A stretch of DNA of 64,000 nt from Eledone cirrhosa. Taxonomy: Eukaryota. Shown in pieces: positions 42,197 to 57,623 of this stretch. The notes beneath the pieces were generated by a model that made no database searches, was not told where the DNA came from, and saw nothing but the letters and a program-made list of their open reading frames with translations. The DNA is taken from the NCBI GenBank assembly GCA_964016885.1, contig OZ024742.1, positions 39,928,001 through 39,992,000 of the forward strand, given 5' to 3'. Position numbers and translations under genes: made by a program. How positions within the stretch are numbered: position 1 is the first letter of the stretch; every line of letters begins with the position of its first letter.

Positions 42197-42667
42197 TACT
42201 TTGGAAGGGTCACGCTGCGAATAAAAATACACGCACCTGGTTTTCACTTCAAATTTATTTACTACAAATTTCCAATTGGTTGGTTTAATAACCGGATTGT
42301 TGTTTGTTTATTGTCAAAGCTCTTACGTCACACATTCTGTGACTTCCTCAGCGACTAATTTGTTATTTTGCGTCTCTCCATTGTTCTCTCCTACACCATC
42401 CTGTTTTTGTGGATTGTGCTTTCAGATGCAATGATTTTACATTCATTTAAATTTTTGATGTATTGTTTTATTGATATTTTTTATCTGTTTGCCCCGAATC
42501 TTCTATTATCGATTTTTTATCGTATGGTTGATTGTAGACTTGTTCTATGTGTGACGGTATTTTAACGATAGTTATAGCTCTGATTCATCTGAATTATTGA
42601 GCCCTCTGCCGCTCATTTCGAATATTGTTTATCGTGAACTCGTGCGCCGATTTTTCGATACTCGATC

Positions 42668-42675
<8 letters not shown>
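42197..42675 (-). mobile_element. hammerhead-family element related to 5868-6572 and 63195-63500; its right ~245 bp match the 615-bp array unit
   Basis: Minus strand 42313-42355 reads GUCG-CUGAGGA-A-GUCACA GAAUG UGUGAC-GUA-AGAGCU-U|UGAC. 42431-42675 aligns to array positions 16726-16970. Confidence 0.75.
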
Positions 42676-42700
<25 letters not shown>

Positions 42701-42708
<8 letters not shown>

Positions 42709-44763
42709 CGTATTTAAGAAAGCCACAACAATGCAAAGGGAAATCTCGAGGTAGGAAGTGAAATATAGATAGGAAAAACAGGTGAAAGTGAAAATTGAGA
42801 GAGACAAAGATGAAAACAAAACAAAGGTAGAAGGGTTACCGTAGTAGAGATTTAATCGCAATATTTCGGGCTCACGCCCATCAACGGGGGAAAAGTTCCA
42901 AAAGGGGGGAAACAGGCCAAGCGGAGAAAGTTGTGATGTCGTTAAGACAGGAATGCCGTTATGGGGAGAAAATATTTAAAATTTAAACGAGGGAAAGAAT
43001 GCGCGTGCGCGTGATAGGCTGTGGCAAAAGCTACTGACCAAATGGGTTAAATCAAGAGGGTGCGTTAGCGTGTGAAAGCCGTAAGATATGTGTATGTAAA
43101 TATATATGTGTGTATAACTGTGTGTGTATAAGTGTAAGTGTGTATATGTGTGAGTGTGTGTGTGTGAAAGATAGTGGGCTGTAGAAGTTGGAAATCAAAG
43201 GGTGTGAAAGGTGGTAGGTTGTAAAATATGTGTGCGTGTATAAATATAGATGTGTGTGTGTAAGCGTATGGGTATACATGTGTGTGTAACTGTGTGTGTA
43301 TATGTGTGAGTGCGTTTGTGTGTGAAAGATAGTGGGCTGTAGAAGCTGGAAATCAAAGGGTGTGAAAGGTGGTAGGTTGTAAAAACATGTGTGCGTGTAT
43401 AAATATAGATGTGTGTGTGTGTGCGTATGGGTATGTATATACGTGCGTGTGTGTGAAGATAGCAGGCCGTAGGCTGTGAATGGTCATTATGGTTAAGTTA
43501 GCCATGTCAGCTCATTTCTCTCAGCCCGGTTGTTAAGTGGGGGTCTGAGGTTCTTAATAACAAGTGCTTCCTTTATCCTTAAGGATAAAGGAAGCACTTC
43601 CTTTATCCTTTAAAGGAAGCACGATACGCGGGGCAGATTGCCTACGCACCTATGTCGTATATAAGATTCAATGCGATAAATGTAACAAGTTTTACATAGG
43701 TAGCACCATCCGACCCCTACATGTTCGTATCAAGGAACATATCAATACCAACGCATCTTCCTTCCGTAAACATATCCTTAAATGCGGAAACCCACAGGGT
43801 AGACCCTTGGTCACAGTCCTAGCGACTGAACGCAGCATCGGATCCTTAAGGATAAAGGAAGCACTTGTTATTAAGAACCTCAGACCCCCACTTAACAACC
43901 GGGCTGAGAGAAATGAGCTGACATGGCTAACTTAACCATAATGACCATTCACAGCCTACGGCCTGCTATCTTCACACACACGCACGTATATACATACCCA
44001 TACGCATACACACACACATCTATATTTATACACGCACACATGTTTTTACAACCTACCACCTTTCACACCCTTTGATTTCCAGCTTCTACAGCCCACTATC
44101 TTTCACACACAAACGCACTCACACATATACACACACAGTTACACACATGTATACCCATACGCTTACACACACACATCTATATTTATACACGCACACATAT
44201 TTTACAACCTACCACCTTTCACACCCTTTGATTTCCAACTTCTACAGCCCACTATCTTTCACACACACACACTCACACATATACACACTTACACTTATAC
44301 ACACACAGTTATACACACATATATATTTACATACACATATCTTACGGCTTTCACACGCTAACGCACCCTCTTGATTTAACCCATTTGGTCAGTAGCTTTT
44401 GCCACAGCCTATCACGCGCACGCGCATTCTTTCCCTCGTTTAAATTTTAAATATTTTCTCCCCATAACGGCATTCCTGTCTTAACGACATCACAACTTTC
44501 TCCGCTTGGCCTGTTTCCCCCCTTTTGGAACTTTTCCCCCGTTGATGGGCGTGAGCCCGAAATATTGCGATTAAATCTCTACTACGGTAACCCTTCTACC
44601 TTTGTTTTGTTTTCATCTTTGTCTCTCTCAATTTTCACTTTCACCTGTTTTTCCTATCTATATTTCACTTCCTACCTCGAGATTTCCCTTTGCATTGTTG
44701 TGGCTTTCTTAAATACGTATTTTTACACATTTCACAATGCTTCAAGCAAACTTTAACACCTTC
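42701..44763 (+). mobile_element. 5'-truncated Penelope-like retroelement with an inverted pseudo-LTR, inserted in (TA)n
   Basis: 42701-43585 is the reverse complement of ~43845-44725. The right arm has an extra 38-nt tail, and the GIY-YIG ORF lies between the arms. Confidence 0.92.
43623..43935 (+). CDS. C-terminal GIY-YIG endonuclease domain of a PLE (partial; RT lost)
   Basis: VVYKIQCDKCNKFYIGSTIRPLHVRIKEH..SFRKH..LRIKEALVI..PPLN: GIY-YIG with the PLE CCHH motif. Confidence 0.92.
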
Positions 44764-45102
44764 ATATATATATATATATATAGGGTGAAGATTGGAAGAA
44801 AAATACCATGAGACATTGCCGGCGAAAGAGAGCGTGGGAGAGAGTCAGCTGAAGAAGGCATCGGCGAATTTCTTGATGGGACAGTAGAAGGACTAGGAGA
44901 ATGTATTCCAGGATTAGGGAAGGCCCCTGCACAAGGGTGTAGATGTAAGAAGTCAAAATTGTATTTTTCTCTATTTTCCTCAGTAAATATATCACAGAGT
45001 TGCCAGTACGTTCTGAGAATGTCATACGGAGCTGTTTAAAGATTTGTTAATCTTTTATTTGTGACACCCACTCTAATCGTACTGGCATGAAACAGACTAG
45101 AT

Positions 45103-45294
45103 CAGGCACGTGAAACTGAGTGTCTCCTGAGGGCCACATGGGTCACGTGTTGTCTGAAGGACACACATGACAACTAATTGCGCACATTACAAATCATTTT
45201 TTTAATTTTACATTACGAAGATGAAACATGCTCGTGCATGGTGTGCTTGTAAATTACCGCATGCTGCCCGCGGGCCGCATGTTTGAATTGCCTC
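45103..45294. mobile_element. hAT MITE in the first copy of a local ~330-bp tandem duplication (44960-45420 / 45480-45718)
   Basis: TIR CAGGCA..AAAC/GTTTGAATTGCCTC with TSD GACTAGAT/GACTAGAC. The second copy lacks the insertion. Confidence 0.7.
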
Positions 45295-45714
45295 GACTAG
45301 ACTATATAGAATTTTGCGTGATGATCGCAAATAGATAGCATATAGTGCGAACCTGGATGGTTACGTTTAATTGGCGAAAGCATTAAGACAGCGTTCAAGC
45401 ATCATAGAGAGGTATATGAAGTCATATATTATAGGTTTATAGCCTTGCAGCCGAAGAAAAATAACATTTTCGTAACAACATTTTTTCTCTATTTTCCTCA
45501 GAGTTGCCAGTACGTTCTGAGAATGTCATACAGCGCTGTTTCAAGATTTATTAATCTTTTATCAGTAACACTTATTCAAAACATACTGGCATGAATTAGA
45601 CTACAGTCTATATAGAATTTTATGTGATGATCACTTGCTAAAGATGCTCATTTGAATATAGTGCGAGCTTGGCTGGTTATATATAATTGCCGGTAGCACT
45701 AAGACAGCGTTCAA

Positions 45715-45749
<35 letters not shown>

Positions 45750-45755
<6 letters not shown>

Positions 45756-46115
45756 ATATTAATAAATGGAAACTATATTTATAAAACCATATTTATTTTA
45801 TTATACATATTTCAAGGGCAACCAAGGCAAATTATGGTGCGCTTTCATCAGATAAAATACAGATTTGTTTTATAAATAAATATTGACATACCCGGAAGCT
45901 CCAACTGTTAAGTTGTATTTTATCTGATGAAAGCGCACCATAATTTGCCTTGGTTGCCCTTGAAATATGTATAATAAAATAATATGGTTTTATAAATATA
46001 GTTTCCATTTATTAATATATTGCGTATTTACTCCACTAACTTGTTGAGTGCTTTATATCAGTTATAAAAATGTTTAAGCTTGTTGAATCCCAACAAATTA
46101 AATATAACCTCTGCA
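45750..46115 (+). mobile_element. fold-back element with hammerheads at 45794-45859(-) and 45916-45981(+)
   Basis: UAUUUUAU-CUGAUGA-AAG C GCA CCA..UGG UUGC C CUU-GAA-AUAUGUAU-A|AUAAAAUA. The tail has TGTTGAGTGC at 46042. Confidence 0.85.
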
Positions 46116-46925
46116 TATATATATATATATATATATAAATATATTTAATGCAGTATTGAGTACCTTACTGTGGTTACCCCCGATTGAACCTGGGATAAAC
46201 TTATATATATATATATACACACACACACTTGCTTTTATCCTTCTATGTTGTTTACTTGTCTCACTCGCTTTACGCGATTCACTTGTCCCAATAGCTTTTT
46301 TTAGTTATTGCTCGCACCAACCTGAGGTATATGATTTTTAATGCGATGAAATATCAATGATGGTTGGCAAATCACTGACGAGGGACTAATTTTATAATAT
46401 GTAACCCATGTGCAACCACGCAGTATTCCTCTTTCTTCTTATGTTTTTTTTAATATATATATATATGGATTGACAGGGATGAGGGTGAGTGGTTAATGAT
46501 AACGAGTGGTAGAAAGTTAAGGGAACGCACTGAAACATCCGTGACTCGTAGTAGACAACTGATGAAGGCATAATGTCTATCTCTTGTTTGTATTCCCTTA
46601 ACTTTCTAACACTATATACATATATGTGTGTGTGTATGTGTGTGTGTGTTATTGAGGCACGTGAAAAAAGTACTCAATAAGGAAGTAGAGTTTAAATATT
46701 CATTTATCCCAGATAAGCATATATAATGGGTAAGTGATGAGTCTTGGTACTCACAAGTTTCACCTGTGTACTCACAGCATCACCAGAGAAGACTCATCAT
46801 TTAGCCATAATAAAGAAACATTTCAAATTTACTTCGGTATTGAGTACTTCCTACAGCCGTCGACATATATATATATTGTATATGCACAAAAAACTTGGTT
46901 AACTTCCCATTTTCATGTGTGTGTG

Positions 46926-46988
<63 letters not shown>

Positions 46989-47294
46989 GACACAAATTAA
47001 TGAGAAAATATGATAGATGAATGAAAATTGTCAGCCAACAGGAGTTAACAGTAATACATGAAAGCAGTGAGGTGGGGATTGAGGGAGGAAGGACAGAGAG
47101 AACACACGAATTTGAAGGGGGGAAAGAGAGAAAGAGTAGTAAGAAGTAGAAGAGAGAGGAAGTAAAAGAAGGAGAGTGAAATAAAGCAGGGGGGAATCCA
47201 TGGAAAAGGAGGAGGAAGAGGAAAGATTAAGCGAACGCAGTTGAGTAATAAATATCTTTAAAAGGGTTAGGGGAGATAGAGAATACAAAGAACG

Positions 47295-47355
<61 letters not shown>

Positions 47356-47516
47356 ATAGGAGTTAAGGAAGGAAAAGTTAAGAAGAAGTTAAACATGTTG
47401 AAATTGGGAGAGAGTGAGGAAGTGAAAGGCAGTATTGGACATAGGAGTGAAAACTAGAAAGTAAGGTAGCAAAATAGAAAGATTAAGAGTGAAAGGTACC
47501 AATAAAGGTTATGTAG

Positions 47517-47708
47517 TAATAATTGTTTCTACTTTTGGCACAAGGCCAGAAATTACTCAGTGAATTACTGGTACTTTATTTTATCGACCCTGTAAGGTTG
47601 AAAGGCAAAGTTAACCGCGGCGTGATTTGAACTCAGAATGGCAAGGGCCGTAACTCTATGCGTCAAAGCATGTCCGACCCTCTACCGATACTGCCAATCC
47701 ACCGCCTT
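47517..47708 (-). mobile_element. SINE family 1
   Basis: Matches 285-474. Confidence 0.85.
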
Positions 47709-49299
47709 ATGAAATAATGATGCAGCCATGGGTGTGTGATTAAGTTTGTTTCCCACCCACGCCCTTCTGGTTTTAGTCCTAATGCCTGGCATCTTGGACA
47801 AGCAAGTGATTTTTAATCAGTATAATCTTGTGATTGGAATTTGGTAGATAGAAACTGCAAGATCCCGTGATGTACATACATTTGTGTGCGTGAGAGTGAG
47901 TGTGTGTGTGTGTGTGTGAGAGAGAGTCTGTTTGCGTTTATGTCTATCGGCTTAGCATTTCGATCGACCCCAAAAAAAAGAAGAGATGGTTAAAATAAGT
48001 ACCTGATTTGAAATAGTAAATACAGGGGTCAGGCAATATGATCGACTAAACCAAAGTAGTATCCAGTATGACCGCAATCTAATGACTGAAACCAGTAAAA
48101 GAATACAAAAATAATGAAGAGCGAGAGAGAGAAGTTAAAAAATTAAGCCAACGATGGTGTGGAAGAGATAGCAGGGGAAGAGTGTATTTTTTTTATTAAT
48201 TCATACAAAATAAGAAAAAGTAAATAAGACAAAGAGAAGTATAAGTAAAAAGAGGGTGTGAAAGACCAGAAGAGAGAGTGAAAAGAAAAAAACGAAACGA
48301 AGTAAAGAAAGAATAAGAGAGAGAAAGTTAACAGGAAGTTGTTTATGTAGATGTGTGTGTAATAGGGAGGAGAGATAACATGAATGAAGTTAAGAAGAGG
48401 GTGGAGGAGAAGGAGGAGGAGGAGGTAAAGATGAATGAAAGAAGGAGGTAGTAGAAGAAGGGCTAAAACTTCGTTTCGTTAAAAAAAAGTTTTGTAAAAG
48501 TTAGCGAGTTAGTTGTTTGTTAGATTCCCTGCCCGTCAGTCAGAAGACGAATGACGTCTGTGAGAGAGTTTTTTTCCTCTCGTCCCAAAAGTAAAAAGAA
48601 AGGGGAGGAAAAAGAAAAGGAAAGTACACACATACACCAAAAAGTAACAAGTCTGTTAGGGTTTGGTGGTTTGCAAGGAAGTTCAGTTTAGTCAAGTCAT
48701 TCAAACATGTTGGGACGGCTACCTCGACCGTCTGGACTTGTCGCCGCCGCCGATAATACTACTACTACCACTACTATGAATGCCGTTCTTATCAGCTCAC
48801 ACCACTAGCGACTGCGACACTTGTAAACTTATTCGGGTACTTAAACCAAAACACACACATATATATATAATACATCCATATATATATAGTATACGTATTC
48901 TTGGTGCTTTCTTCACTACACAAGACATACTTTTTATAGTCTTGTCCCATTATTTTCTCAAATTGGAGTTCCATCTTATGTGTATTTATTATACGCGAGT
49001 CAAAGCGTATATAAATAATAATAGCAACTACTTGATTTACTGGATCTATCTACTACATTTTATGTGTATTGCTGTGGTCTGAGAAATATTTTCTGCGATC
49101 ACTTTCCGCATATTTTACCACAATATGTTGTTTGAAAAGGTATGTACGATATTCATTCACTTTGATTTAATCTTCTGTACACACACCAACAGAATTGTTA
49201 CCGTCCTGTGCCGTGCTGTACCGTCCTTAATGTTGTCTTCATGTGAACCCTGTGTGACTATTAAGGAAATCGTTATCATTATTATTCATTATTACTATT

Positions 49300-49500
49300 G
49301 CATTAGCAGAATCGTTAGAGCGTCGGATGAAATGCACTCCAGTATTTCGTTATGACCCTTTACGTTCTGAGTTCAAATCCCACTATGGTCAACTTTGCCT
49401 TTCATCCTTTTGAGGTCTATAAAATAAAGTATCAGTAAAGTACTGAGGTTGATTCTTCCCCACCCCAACATTACTGGCCGTGTGCCTAAAGTAGACATCA
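49300..49500 (+). mobile_element. SINE family 1, older copy
   Basis: GAGTTCAAATCC followed by AACTTTGCCTTTCATCC. Confidence 0.7.
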
Positions 49501-50208
49501 TTATAAGACATCGATGGCGAAAAATCTTTCTTTAAAGTTGAATAATGGTCTTAGAATCTTAGTAGTCTCGGTTAGTAACATCTCACTCTCTCTCTCATAT
49601 ATATATATATGTGTGTGTTTGTGTGTGTGTTTGTGTATCCTGTGTAAAGCAATGTCAATCCACATTTAGAAGGCATATATGATGAAAGAAAGACTTTGCT
49701 GCCATGTCCGTCCCGTCTTTTTTCTTTTCTAAGGTGCTGCGATTTGAAGGATACTCACAAATAGAGTGACCTAAAAGTTGGCTTTACTTACTCTCGGAAA
49801 AATAATGAACGTGACAATCTAGTTACATACGGGTAGAGGTAGATGTACCAACGAATAGGCCTCTACGTGAACGCTCGACCTGCTAGGAATAACAGCATCT
49901 TCAAATCAAAACTTGTCTTAAATAAAGGATTAATTCGGCAAGACAACGAAAGAGGATCTATCTAGCCGCGCGATCTGCTAGAAAAGAAATAGCAACCAAA
50001 TCTTCCTTAAACTACACGCTGCCTTAAAGAAAACTTAAACTTATCATCGGATTCATTTTGTATGGTCCTCTTAACAAAACACACAAACAATATATATATA
50101 TCATCATCATCATCATCATCAGGTTTAGCGTCCGTGTTCCACGCTTGCATGGGTTTGGACGGGGGTTTTCCCACTTGAGGCAAGAGTGGTTGTCTTGCTC
50201 GCATAGGA

Positions 50209-50244
<36 letters not shown>

Positions 50245-50267
50245 TGTTTGTGTGTTGTGTGTGTATA

Positions 50268-50345
50268 CAGGGTGTCCCCCAAAATGTATACACTCTTCAA
50301 GAGCATTCTAATCAAAGTGTGTATACATGTTTTTGGGACACCCTG
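50268..50345. mobile_element. ~80-bp mariner-type MITE
   Basis: CAGGGTGTCCC..GGGACACCCTG inverted termini. Confidence 0.75.
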
Positions 50346-50759
50346 AATAAATATATATATATATATACACATATGTGGAGATCCTTCGTCTTAGATAAAC
50401 AATGTTTTGGGTAATTTGTGCGACGGAAGTTAGTGCGTATGTATGTGTTCGTCAATCTCTGTGATGTACGGACATACATAATACCCTATCTAACGCTAAC
50501 AAAGTGACTTCAAAGGAACGGTATCCACGAACTCAGACAAATAGCATCAATGCACCTAAACCCGAGACAGTCACAGTCTACCAGATACATAGCACACTTG
50601 ATAGACTAAGTAAAACAACTAATCATGTCCTCCAGAACCTTACCCTACCTCACTGCAATGTATAACAATAATCAAAGCTATAGTAATTACTGGTACGGAG
50701 GCGACGGGGGTCATGAAGCTGTAGTCGTCATATTACATGAGTTATATATATATACATAC

Positions 50760-50945
50760 TACTTCGCCCACTTATTTCCGAACGGGGCCGGGAGGGCGGA
50801 AGCTGCAGCCACGCCTTCCAGAGTGCCGTCTTCAAATGATCCGGATGGATCTCCAAGCAAGACCAACTGCGCTCACAAATCTTATCCAACCATCTTGCTC
50901 GTGATCTACCTCACAGTCTCCTGTCGGTTTGATTTTACCTGTAAA
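50760..50945 (-). mobile_element. RTE LINE 3' fragment
   Basis: The minus strand contains CACGAGCAAGATGGTTGGATAA and TGGTCTTGCTTGG, shared with 5270-5320. Confidence 0.7.
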
Positions 50946-52024
50946 ATCTGTCCAGCGATTATTTTCCCCCGAGACGTTCTAACCACATGTCTAAGTAACG
51001 TTACTTCAACGACCATTGACCACTTGTCAAAGGTCAAAGAAAGCTTAACAGATTTCAGGTGTCTTCACATTGACTGTTGTAATCGAGGAATTATTAAATT
51101 AATTTTTTGTTTACTATCCACTCCGTCATTTTTGGCAGGGAGTATGCTAGTATATATTATAGAGGGTTATAACGAGACAACCCCCCCCCCCCCACGAAAA
51201 CATGACAATACGGTAAAATTAGAGAATACTAGTTTAAAATACAGGCCATATAAAATGTCAAACAACAACAAAAAAGGCATGATAATAGGCGCAAATATAT
51301 CTAAATTAATAAACATTGACTCTTGCAGCATGTTACAACGGTATATGTATGTATAACTACATGTATCTAGGCAAACTCAAATACCGTATATATAATGTAA
51401 CACGCAAGAAACATTATTGTTCACTTCTAATAAGACCTAAGCTTCCATTTTGTTGAGTAGTACCGTGCCCCGGTTTCGATTCCCGCTTATAGTTTAATTT
51501 TTACCGAGGGTAAAGACATTTTTACCGAGAGTAAAGAAATTTTAGAATTGCACAGATTTTTCACACAGTGGCCCAGTATTTGATAGTCTCTGTCTGTTTT
51601 GAACAATTTATGAGTGAATTAACCACGATTTACCCTGTAAGCGCAAGTATTATTTCAGACAAAATGTAAACTTACTGCACACAATTTCATTTAGGACTAC
51701 ACAAACGGGTCAACTACACGTAAAAATAATTGTTAATTTTAAATTGTTTATTTTACTTATGTTGAAAGTGTATTTCATCACGTGTAAAGGCATATGGATA
51801 TTCGTTCTTAATATCCCCCTCTATCATATATATATATATATATATATATGAAGGAAGTTTGGTAAGGAACCAAGTGGACCATAACGCACCAGAGTACTCG
51901 ATACTTTGGGTAGTAGAGTGGGTAAGGAAAAGGTTCAGGACTCCGACGGCAGCGCTCAAACCGTTTCGACGGCTATTTCTGGACTAGCCGGGGTCATGAA
52001 CCTTTTCCTATATATAAATATATG

Positions 52025-52075
<51 letters not shown>

Positions 52076-52208
52076 GTATGTATATATATATATGTATGTA
52101 TATACATACGTAGATATATATATGTATGTATATATGTATATATGCATATATATGTATGTATATATGTATATATGCATATATATGTATGTATATATGTATA
52201 TATATATG

Positions 52209-52820
52209 TTATCAGGTCACCAGTTGGAGCTACTGGTAACATGTATTCCAGTACAACCTGTCCCATGGTCGGGTCGTTGGCGACTAAACTGGCAACCCCA
52301 CCAAGGTTTCTTGGTGAGGAGGGTGACTTTGGACATCCTGCAGGACTAAAAACAAAACCTGTCAAAAGGCAAAGGAGCTCTTAAGAGTCAATGGCCATCC
52401 AAAATCACCGGGAGAGATGACCCCTTAGCCTTTGTCAAGGCAGAATTCTAGGAGAAGGAAAACTCTGATATAACACCTGCAACCCTGATGGTATCCAATG
52501 ATGTTGACTTGTTCTTCTTTTTGGTAAATATCATCTTGGTTAAGAGAGTGGGACTGGCTTTGTGCAGTGCCTTTGCTCACTATAAAAGCTTCACGGCACA
52601 GGCATTGCTTTATATCTGGAGATTTCTCTGCATTTGTCGTCACATGGTACCATGGGCCCAGCACTATGTGTCAATAATTGTCACAAGTGTAGTGTTTGTA
52701 CCAGAGCTTTCAAGTCGCTGGCTGGACTAAAAAGTCACACTCGTTCAGCGCATCAGTAGGGGTTCTCCTACATGGATATAAAGTAGTGGCCGTACTCGAA
52801 AACGAGTTGGCAGCCACCAT
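52209..52820 (+). mobile_element. non-autonomous RTE-derived retroelement (~610 bp)
   Basis: 5'-UTR-like segment (GGAGAAGGAAAACTCTGA), then a CxxC..GLKSH..H zinc-finger remnant, then a (TATG)n tail. Confidence 0.75.
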
Positions 52821-53047
52821 GTATATATATATGTATGTATGTATATATATGTATGTATGTATATATATGTATGTATGTATGTATATATATATATGTATGT
52901 ATGTATATATATGTATGTATGTATGTATGTATATATATGTATGTATGTATGTATATATATGTATGTATGTATGTATATATATGTATGTATGTATGTATAT
53001 GTATATATGTATGTATGTATGTATGTATATATATGTATGTATGTATA

Positions 53048-53083
<36 letters not shown>

Positions 53084-53356
53084 TGTGTATGTAGGTATGT
53101 ATGTGTATGTATGTATGTATGTATGTATATGTATGTATGTGTGTATATATATGTATGTATGTATGTATGTGTATGTATGTATGTATGTATATGTATGTAT
53201 GTATGTGTATATATGTATGTATGTATATATATGTATGTATGTGTATGTATGTATGTATATATATATATGTATGTATGTGTATGTATGTATATGTATGTAT
53301 GTATGTATGTATATGTATATATGTATGTATATATATATATGTATGTATGTATGTAT

Positions 53357-53771
53357 GTCATCTCGGGAGAGATGACCCCTTAGCCTTTGTCAAGGCAGAA
53401 TTCTAGGAGAAGGAAAACTCTGATATAACACCTGCAACCCTGATGGTATCCAATGATGTTGACTTGTTCTTCTTTTTGGTAAATATCATCTTGGTTAAGA
53501 GAGTGGGACTGGCTTTGTGCATTGCCTTTGCTCACTATAAAAGCTTCACGGCACAGGCATTGCTTTGTATTTGGAGATCTCTCTGCACTTGTCGTCACAT
53601 GATACCATGGACCCTGCACTGTGTAAATAATTGTCACAAGTGTAGTGTTTGTACCAGAGTTTTCAAGTCGCTGGCTGGACTTAAAAGTCACACTCGTTCA
53701 GCGCATTGGTAGGGGTTCTCCTACATGGATATAAAGTAGTGGCCGTACTCGAAAACGAGTTGGCAGCCACC

Positions 53772-53772
<1 letters not shown>
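53357..53772 (+). mobile_element. same element, 5'-truncated
   Basis: The ORF-track peptide ends [22 protein letters not shown]. Confidence 0.75.
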
Positions 53773-55365
<1,593 letters not shown>

Positions 55366-55534
55366 ATGCTCAATATAGAAATGGCTTCAACAGGACTAGA
55401 ACTGTTTCATTCAAAAGAAATCATCCTTGAATGAAACAGTTCTGTAGAAACCATTTCTATATTAAACATGATGTTTACACTCCCTTATTGTATTGAGTAC
55501 CTTATTTACTGTGGGACTCACACACACATTATAT

Positions 55535-55717
55535 CGGTGAATTGGCAGTATTGATAGAGGGTCAGACATGCTTTCCAGCGTAGTTACGTCCCTTTACGAT
55601 CTGAGTTCAAATCCCGCTGAGGTTAACTTTGCCTTTCATCCTTACGGGGTCGATAAAATAAAGTACCAGTAATGTACTGGTTAATTACTGGCCTTCTGCC
55701 AAAAGTAGAAACAATTA
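55535..55717 (+). mobile_element. SINE family 1
   Basis: Matches 36379-36570. Confidence 0.85.
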
Positions 55718-56256
55718 TATATATACATACAGTATGTGTGTGTATATATACATATAATCAGTCTTCACGCCCACGTAAGAAAGGTTTATAGTTTTGTCTT
55801 TCATCTGCTGCTTGATATGTTTACCAGTTGAATCTCGTGGGAAGTACATATATCAAGGTTTTTAATATCAAATGTCCAATCTCTTGAGTTCGATTCCCGG
55901 CGGCGTGTTGTGCCCTTAAGTCCGTTATATATTATATTGCCCCAGTTCACAATCAACTGGCAAAATATAAATTCAAAGAGTCAACCTTGTTACACTGAAT
56001 GTCCCAGATAAATATGTCGAAGGTACACTTGTGTGTGGAATACTCAGCCACCAGGACGTTAATTTCGTGAGCAAGCTGTTGAGTTCATTAAACAATTGCA
56101 ACACTGGCCGTCTGAACCGACAGAGGTACAGCATTCACATTGAAGAATCAAGTCGGCGGCAAGAGAGTTGAGCGCATGACATCGGCATCGATTCATTCAT
56201 TCCTCCTAAAAATATAACAAAAAAGACAAAAATGAAAACTCTGAACATAAGTTGGT

Positions 56257-56304
<48 letters not shown>

Positions 56305-56308
<4 letters not shown>

Positions 56309-56690
56309 TCAAAATATTAACAAAATAGATATACTTGTGATCAAGTATATTTTATTATACATATTTTAGAGTCACTGAGTTAAGTTCAACAGTACGTCTT
56401 GACTGAACCTTAACCATCTACTATGTCGGTTTCTGCAGACTCTTTCTCTCTAAATAAATATAATTGTATGTCATGCATCATCTTATTTTATCTGATGAGG
56501 ACGTACTGTTGAACTTAACTTAGTACCTCTGAAATATGTATAATAAAATATACTTGATCACAAGAATATCTATTTTGTTAATATTTTGAATTATTATTAA
56601 TAACTTTTGAAAACCATTACTGTTGAGTGCGTCCTATTGTAAATCTTATTCTTTGATTTATTCATTGAACCTTGTTTAAATTTTAAATAT
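56305..56690 (+). mobile_element. fold-back element with a hammerhead at 56484-56550(+)
   Basis: UAUUUUAU-CUGAUGA-GGA C GUACU..AGUAC C UCU-GAA-AUAUGUAU-A|AUAAAAUA. A degenerate inverted arm lies at 56305-56400, and TGTTGAGTGC at 56621. Confidence 0.85.
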
Positions 56691-56875
56691 ATATTATATG
56701 TATATATATATAAAATTCCGTTATAACTAATACTATTATAATGAATTTTTCAGTAATACGAAATTTTTTCAATCCCCGGCTGGATGTGTTAGATCGATCT
56801 CGTTTATAAAGAATTTTTCGTTACAATTTTTTTATACCCCGTAAATTTCGTTATAACGGAAATTCACTGTTTGTG

Positions 56876-57081
<206 letters not shown>

Positions 57082-57084
57082 TAG

Positions 57085-57415
57085 GTTTCTGATTTAGGCA
57101 CCAGGCCAACAATTCTAGCGAGCGGAAAGTCGATTAAATCCACTCCAGTGCATTACTGGTACTTTATTTTATCGACTCCTTAAGGATAAAAGGCAAAGTT
57201 AACCTCACCAGGATTTGAACTTTGCCTTCATCCTTAAGGGGTTGATAAAAAGATGTAAAATCCTGACAGCGGCGACGAGCAGTTTCGGTTTCTGCAGACT
57301 CTTTCTTTCTAAATAAATATAATTGTTTCTACCTTTGGCACAAGGCCGGCAAAAATCCAGTACATTACTGGTACTTTATTTTATCAACCCCGTAAGGATG
57401 AAAGGCAAAGTTAAC
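57085..57415 (-). mobile_element. two partial SINE family 1 copies
   Basis: Tail and body matches at 57085-57220 and 57318-57415. Confidence 0.75.
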
Positions 57416-57587
57416 TATATAAATATAATGATCGAAGATATTCTGGCTAAGACCACTCCATTTTTATTTTCACAATGAGTATATGTAAAATTGAAGCCAA
57501 TGGTTGCTATTTCTAACAGATTGCATGAACTTCTAAGTAATCTACTTAATCTCCTGAATTGTGTAGGATTAAGTGTGTGTGTGTGTG

Positions 57588-57619
<32 letters not shown>

Positions 57620-57623
<4 letters not shown>

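Noticed and set aside
48530-48830. GC-richer unique stretch with a short ATG frame (MLGRLPRPSGLVAAAD..)
   Set aside because: Only ~33 codons with no recognisable homology. A UTR or first exon cannot be excluded but is not supportable from sequence alone.
50625-51356. 243-aa ORF as a host gene
   Set aside because: No recognisable domain, and its centre is the antisense of an RTE fragment.
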